A stretch of DNA of 64,000 bases from Candidatus Krumholzibacteriia bacterium (GTDB taxonomy: Bacteria; Krumholzibacteriota; Krumholzibacteriia; WVZY01). The translations under genes were made by a program, and so were the position numbers. Location of the stretch: assembly GCA_046754105.1 (NCBI GenBank), contig JBHHVD010000001.1, forward strand, positions 32,001 to 96,000, given 5' to 3'. The notes below the pieces were generated by a model. The model saw nothing but the letters and a program-made list of their open reading frames with translations, was not told the origin of the DNA and did not search any database. Below, piece by piece: positions 59,217-64,000 of this stretch. The first letter of the stretch is position 1. Every line of letters begins with the position of its first letter.

Positions 59217-60758
59217 ATGCTGTACCTTACAATCGTGCGCAGCCCGAGCAAGCAGGAGACCCTGTCGATCCCCGACAAGGAACTGCCCTTTACCATCGGA
59301 CGCGACAAAGAGAACAAGCTCTTCATCAACAGTACCGCCGTCTCGCGGTTTCATGCCGTCCTGTTCGCCGAGCATGGGGAATATTTCGTCCAGGACATGG
59401 AGAGCACGAACGGCACCTTTCTCAACGGCAAGAAAGTCAAGAAATCCAGGGTCCACCCCGGCGACCGGGTCACGGTTGCCAACATCGATATCGTCATCGA
59501 CGCGGCTCCCACGCCCCTGACGGATTTCAAGCTTCCGCTGGACCTGACCGTGTCCATCGACAATCCGATCGCCAGCGGTGCGACCATCACCATCAAGAAT
59601 CCGGACCGCGAGCTCCTGCTCGACGACCTGGAGACCACGGCCGCCCACGACCTGTCGAAGTCGTATTCGGCTCTGCAGGTGCTCTACCGCGCGGACCGCG
59701 TGCTGCGGGATATAGAAGATTTCAAACAGCTGCTGGAGAACTTCATGGACCTCATCGCCGAAGTTATACCCTCGACCCGTGGGTACATATTCCTCCTCAA
59801 CGCGGAGAACGGGCTGCCGGTACCGTACGTGCGCCGGGCACCGGGCTCGGCGGGCACCGACACCGAAATCGTTGTCAGCAAGACGATCTTGAAAACGGCA
59901 GTTGAGAAAAAAGAATCGTTGATCTCAAAAGACGCGCTCGTCGACGAGCGGTTCGCGCATTCGAGGAGCGTGGCCGACTACAAGGTGAGAAGCGCTGTTT
60001 GCGCGCCCCTGCTAAACCGGGGAAAGGTCCTCGGCATTATCTATCTGGACTCGACGGACAAGTCGAATCTGTACTCGAAGGACGACCTTTCGCTGCTCTC
60101 AGCCATGGCACTCAAGGCCGGCATCGCTCTGGACAACGCGCGGCTCTACGACGACATGCGCAACCTGTTCTTCAACACCGTCGAGACTCTGGTACGCGCC
60201 ATCCAGGCGCGCGACCCCTACACAAGCGGCCACTCCGCACGGGTCACGCGGTACTGCCTGTTGATTGCGGAAAGACTACAGCTGAGCACAAAGGAAAAGC
60301 AGCATCTCTATTTGACGTCGATGCTTCACGACATCGGCAAGATCGGCATACCTGACGACCTCCTCAACCGGCCGGGAAAGCTCAGCGAGGAAGAAATCGC
60401 GCGGGTACGGGACCACGTCAAGGTCGGTGCGAGTATGTTGAGAGCGTTGGGTGAGATGCACCCGATCGTTCCGCTCATCCTCCACCACCACGAGGCCTAC
60501 GACGGATCGGGCTACCCGGACGGGTTAAAGGGCCAGAAGATACCCCTCATCTCGCGGATCGTCGCCGTCGCGGATACATGGGACGCGATGACGTCGGACC
60601 GCCCCTACCGCAAAGCAAGAACCATCGAGGAGGCGGTCGCGGAACTGAAGCGTTGCTCCGGAACGAACTTCGATCCCAAAGTGGTCAAGGTATTCCTGCA
60701 AACCCTCGAGGAACAATCCACCGCGGTGCTGGACAAAGTCCCGCAACCGATCACTTGA
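59217..60758 (+). CDS. FHA-GAF-HD-GYP protein (putative cyclic dinucleotide phosphodiesterase)
   Basis: AGGAG RBS; FHA (IGR, VSRFHA, STNGTFLNG); GAF (CAPL..VLGIIYLD); HSARV, HDIGK, HHHE..GSGYP. Confidence 0.93.
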   Translation: MLYLTIVRSPSKQETLSIPDKELPFTIGRDKENKLFINSTAVSRFHAVLFAEHGEYFVQDMESTNGTFLNGKKVKKSRVHPGDRVTVANIDIVIDAAPTPLTDFKLPLDLTVSIDNPIASGATITIKNPDRELLLDDLETTAAHDLSKSYSALQVLYRADRVLRDIEDFKQLLENFMDLIAEVIPSTRGYIFLLNAENGLPVPYVRRAPGSAGTDTEIVVSKTILKTAVEKKESLISKDALVDERFAHSRSVADYKVRSAVCAPLLNRGKVLGIIYLDSTDKSNLYSKDDLSLLSAMALKAGIALDNARLYDDMRNLFFNTVETLVRAIQARDPYTSGHSARVTRYCLLIAERLQLSTKEKQHLYLTSMLHDIGKIGIPDDLLNRPGKLSEEEIARVRDHVKVGASMLRALGEMHPIVPLILHHHEAYDGSGYPDGLKGQKIPLISRIVAVADTWDAMTSDRPYRKARTIEEAVAELKRCSGTNFDPKVVKVFLQTLEEQSTAVLDKVPQPIT

Positions 60759-61614
60759 GTTCGAGCTCTGCGATTTCCACCGTCGTTGCCCCTCCGTGTG
60801 TCGAGGCGAACTCGAGTCGGATTTGCCGGGCGCCCACCACTCCCCGGTCCAGTTGAATCATTTGCTTGGCGGCTTTGGCCTCCAGCTCGAACTGCTGGAT
60901 CTCCTTGCCGTCGGCATAGAGCTTGCAGTTTTTTGGTTGCCCCGCGTCTAGCGTCCGCAGGCTGAGAACGCCTTCTACGACCCCGAAGGGACACGGGATA
61001 TCCACGTAGGCCTTGCCCTGTGCGGCGACCGGCGAGCGCCACGCCGTCGTCGTGTCGCCGTCGAACGCCTTCCAAAGCGCGTCGCCTTCGGAAAGGGGCG
61101 CGGAGGCGGTTCCGTTCATCGCGATCCAGTCCGCGCGCTCTCCGGCCATGAGGCTGAACGATTCATCCTGGACGAGGGACACGACCCGGCTTCCCGCAAC
61201 TACCCGGACGTCCCACAATCCGTCGTCGTTGAGTTCGACGGGCACCACGCTGTCGGGCACCATGTCCGCGAAATACCAGTGCCACCCGTGGGTCACCTGC
61301 GAACCCTTCTTGTTGATGTAGATGATCCCTCCCGGCGGTTTGCCGCCCTTGCCCCCATAGACGAGAACGCGGCCTTTATCCCCCGTCTCCTGACCCGGGA
61401 ACGGCTCGTAGATCTTCTTCTCGTATCCGGCCGCCTCTGCCATTTCCGCGATGGACGCCACTTCTTCCTCCAGCGTCACCGTGCCGCCGGCGCGCCTCGC
61501 GATGGCCTGCAGATCCACTGCTCCACCGCTCTCGTCCTCGGACTTGCCACAAGACCCCAGCAGCAGGGCTGCGAGGACACCCGCGAACAACATTTCCCTG
61601 GATCCGAACCTCAT
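60751..61614 (-). CDS. Hypothetical lipoprotein with C-terminal discoidin/F5-8-like domain
   Basis: LLGSC lipobox; AFDGDTTTAWRS, ARQIRL, VEIAELEL. Confidence 0.7.
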   Translation of the reverse strand: MRFGSREMLFAGVLAALLLGSCGKSEDESGGAVDLQAIARRAGGTVTLEEEVASIAEMAEAAGYEKKIYEPFPGQETGDKGRVLVYGGKGGKPPGGIIYINKKGSQVTHGWHWYFADMVPDSVVPVELNDDGLWDVRVVAGSRVVSLVQDESFSLMAGERADWIAMNGTASAPLSEGDALWKAFDGDTTTAWRSPVAAQGKAYVDIPCPFGVVEGVLSLRTLDAGQPKNCKLYADGKEIQQFELEAKAAKQMIQLDRGVVGARQIRLEFASTHGGATTVEIAELELK

Positions 61615-61772
61615 ATGTACCTTCCTTTTCGCAGAAAAAATGAACCGGAGCATTATGCGGGACTCCGCGTCGAATGTCAAGACGCAACTCATTATACCGC
61701 TGGTGATTGTGGAAGTTGCAGAGGACGTGGAAAAAACCCGTGGGTACCGAGTACCCACGGGGAAGCCGGTGA

Positions 61773-63416
61773 CTAACGGTGCGCGGCTGGGACGACGACG
61801 CCCCCCGCAGTCTTGCCCAGCAAGTAGACGACCACGTTTTCCAACAGCCAGGCGCCGTCTTGCGTCAGGTTGTCGGGGCTGACCTCCACGCCGTTGAAAC
61901 CCCATAAAAGGTTGGTCGCCGTTCCCAGGACGACGGTGGTGGTTTCCTCGACCAGGGGATGCAGGAGCATCAGCGGTGCCCGGGCGGCGAAAGGGGTCAC
62001 GTTGTTGTTGCCGGAAAACGGGACGGAAAGCATCTCGAGGTTGCGCGTGTAGACGCCCAGAAGCGACCCCGCGGTGGCGTTCAGCGGGTTCGGCAGATTA
62101 TAAACGTCGTCGGCCGGGTCGACCACGTAGAGCCCCGACTGAAAGCTGGTCTGGGCACCACCGAAGCCAAGTGTCAGACCGATATTCTCGAAATAGGACG
62201 CCCCGCCGGCGCCTATACCGAGCACCATCGTGCCACTCTGCGCGATGGCATCGGTCTGGGGCTGGTATGCCCCCTGCCAGCCGGTGACGTCCTGGGCCGC
62301 GTCCCAGCCGATAACGACCACGTCGAACAACACCGGGCTCACGGCGAAATCCTTTGGCAGCACGCGTACGGCCGCCTGTCCGGTGGTTTCCCAGTACGAC
62401 TCGATCTCCTGTTCGAAGAGCGCCGCCGCTGCCGTATCTCCCTGACCCTGGACGTCGGTGATGTAGGCGATGTTCTGCACGCGCACGTAATCGGCCGACC
62501 AGGCGGTGCCCAGAGCGTTGTCCACCATAACCACGTCAGAGGTGCCTTTCAGCGGCACCTGCACCTGGACGAGCAACTGGTCGGTCGCCGCGGTGACGAT
62601 GCTGGCCGCGCGGCCGAAGATCCAGACCTGGGTGCCGGGGTAATCGAGATGCTCACCGAATACCGTCAGCTGAACCACCTGGCTCCTCATGGCCTCCGGT
62701 GCCGAGATTCCCGAGATCGCGGGAGCGGCATAGATGTGAACGTATTGCTCCGCGAACTCACTCTGCGTGTAGATGTTCTCGGCGGCCACCCGAAAATAGT
62801 AGTCGCCGCCCGGCAGGTCCCCTCCGTTTACCTGGGTAAACGTGTCCGTCAGGCCCGCTTCAAAACTGATAACGGAGAAATCGGGTACCGGACTTTCCTG
62901 AAACCGGTAGAAACCCGCGCCGGGCGTACGGTTCCACATCAAATTGAACGTGGTCCCTTCATCCACGACGGAGATATCCCGCCAGAACGCCGGTAACACG
63001 AACGATCTGGCCACGATCGAAACGCTGGTGTTCTGGTCTCTCAGCACGTCCACCGCCTCGTCGACGCCGAAAAAGGTCATGAGCCCGGCTTGAAACAACT
63101 CTACCGCCACACGCTTGCCGGCCTCCGCGATGACGGTCAGCTGGACCTGGGCCGTGCCGGCGGGCGGGTTCAGCGCTACGCCCTTGGTCGCTTCCGGCTG
63201 GCTGCCCGTACCCGGGCGGTAGACCTTTACCACGACGGAATCCGCCGTGGGCAGCGCACGTGCGAGGGCATCGTCCATAGGGGCCGCTGCGCTCCCACCG
63301 CCGGAGAGCCGCAGGACGATCACGCCGTGCTCCTCCACGTCGGGGCTTTCCAAGAGCGAACATCCCACCGCGGCGAGGCTGATTGCGACCGCTAGTACAA
63401 GAATCTTTTTGGACAT
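61773..63416 (-). CDS. Hypothetical lipoprotein with FN3-like and IPT/TIG-like segments
   Basis: AVGC lipobox; GGAGG RBS; LMWN..YYFRVAAEN (FN3-like); PAISGISAP..LTVFGEHL (IPT-like). Confidence 0.75.
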   Translation of the reverse strand: MSKKILVLAVAISLAAVGCSLLESPDVEEHGVIVLRLSGGGSAAAPMDDALARALPTADSVVVKVYRPGTGSQPEATKGVALNPPAGTAQVQLTVIAEAGKRVAVELFQAGLMTFFGVDEAVDVLRDQNTSVSIVARSFVLPAFWRDISVVDEGTTFNLMWNRTPGAGFYRFQESPVPDFSVISFEAGLTDTFTQVNGGDLPGGDYYFRVAAENIYTQSEFAEQYVHIYAAPAISGISAPEAMRSQVVQLTVFGEHLDYPGTQVWIFGRAASIVTAATDQLLVQVQVPLKGTSDVVMVDNALGTAWSADYVRVQNIAYITDVQGQGDTAAAALFEQEIESYWETTGQAAVRVLPKDFAVSPVLFDVVVIGWDAAQDVTGWQGAYQPQTDAIAQSGTMVLGIGAGGASYFENIGLTLGFGGAQTSFQSGLYVVDPADDVYNLPNPLNATAGSLLGVYTRNLEMLSVPFSGNNNVTPFAARAPLMLLHPLVEETTTVVLGTATNLLWGFNGVEVSPDNLTQDGAWLLENVVVYLLGKTAGGVVVPAAHR

Positions 63417-63437
63417 GTCTTTGACCTCCGTCGCGAT

Positions 63438-64000
63438 TTACTGGACTTGTATGCCAACGGTCACGCGGCCGGTATCGGCGGGGGGCGCATTGTCGCCCCC
63501 ACCAGAGGCCGCTCCCGCGATGGCGAGGAGTACGACACCCATGGTCGCGTAGAACCACCATTTCTTGTAGACCGGTTTGCCCGCCGGCGCGGCGGCCTCG
63601 GTACTGGAATCGGCCGCACTGGTGATGCCGGTGTCCGGCGCGGTGCGGATTACCGCCGAGGCGTATTCCGATTTGGCCTGGTCGAACGTCGAGACGACGA
63701 TCGATTTGAAAACACCCGGATCCGGGCCCTTGTAGGCACCGTCTTTTTTCAGGAGTTTCAGGAACTGAGCTTTTCCCTCGTCGCTCGCGCCCGTCATGAT
63801 CAGCGACGCGGCCAGATACTCCCGCGCCTCCCGGACCTGTTCGTCTGCAACGTCCTCGCGCTCGAGGAACTGACGCAGCTCTGAGATGGCCTTTGTGTAG
63901 TCGCCGCGAAAATAGTACTTGTATTCAATTCGTTTCAGATCGGTGTCCGCCCCGGCGAGCGCTTCGCGCGGGAAAAGGCACGTCGCCTGGAAACCGAAGA
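63438..64000 (-). CDS. 5'-truncated protein with TPR-like helices and a C-terminal KPVYKKWWFY plus hydrophobic segment
   Basis: Frame open to the window edge: ..EALAGADTDLKRIEYKYYFRGDYTKAISEL..AREYLAASLIMTG.. Confidence 0.75.
   Translation of the reverse strand, partial: FGFQATCLFPREALAGADTDLKRIEYKYYFRGDYTKAISELRQFLEREDVADEQVREAREYLAASLIMTGASDEGKAQFLKLLKKDGAYKGPDPGVFKSIVVSTFDQAKSEYASAVIRTAPDTGITSAADSSTEAAAPAGKPVYKKWWFYATMGVVLLAIAGAASGGGDNAPPADTGRVTVGIQVQ

Overview
GC-rich bacterial chromosomal window from a diderm organism (lipoboxes, an OmpA domain and an Omp85-like barrel are present). The TWGxIKxxY-tailed proteins recall Krumholzibacteriota/Latescibacterota/Eisenbacteria-type genomes, but that is inference from memory and was not verified. 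About 50 genes are supported; I found no rRNA, tRNA, CRISPR array or mobile element. Housekeeping content: a complete H+-type F1Fo ATP synthase operon, gpmI, rfbD, mutM, AlkA- and RluA-family enzymes, a peptide ABC transporter lacking its ATPases, and an ArsR/SmtB plus P1B-ATPase metal-efflux unit. Two candidate undescribed systems stand out. (1) A three-gene DUF11/OmpA operon (1-5544) whose proteins carry complementary halves of a DUF11 domain at their termini, as expected for a cap/subunit/anchor donor-strand fibre. It has a candidate sigma-54 promoter and a divergent NtrBC-type pair. (2) Three secreted proteins from two unrelated families that all end in [VI]PVE[ED]xTWGxIKA[LM]Y, a probable C-terminal sorting/anchoring signal; both loci also share a 5'-leader hairpin. 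Further points of interest: a PII-like protein with two cation/proton antiporter paralogs (one lacking the catalytic Asp), an M1 peptidase-Omp85 barrel fusion, a CSC-motif P1B ATPase, and a structured leader before an FHA-GAF-HD-GYP gene. All domain calls come from motif recognition by eye; no searches were run.
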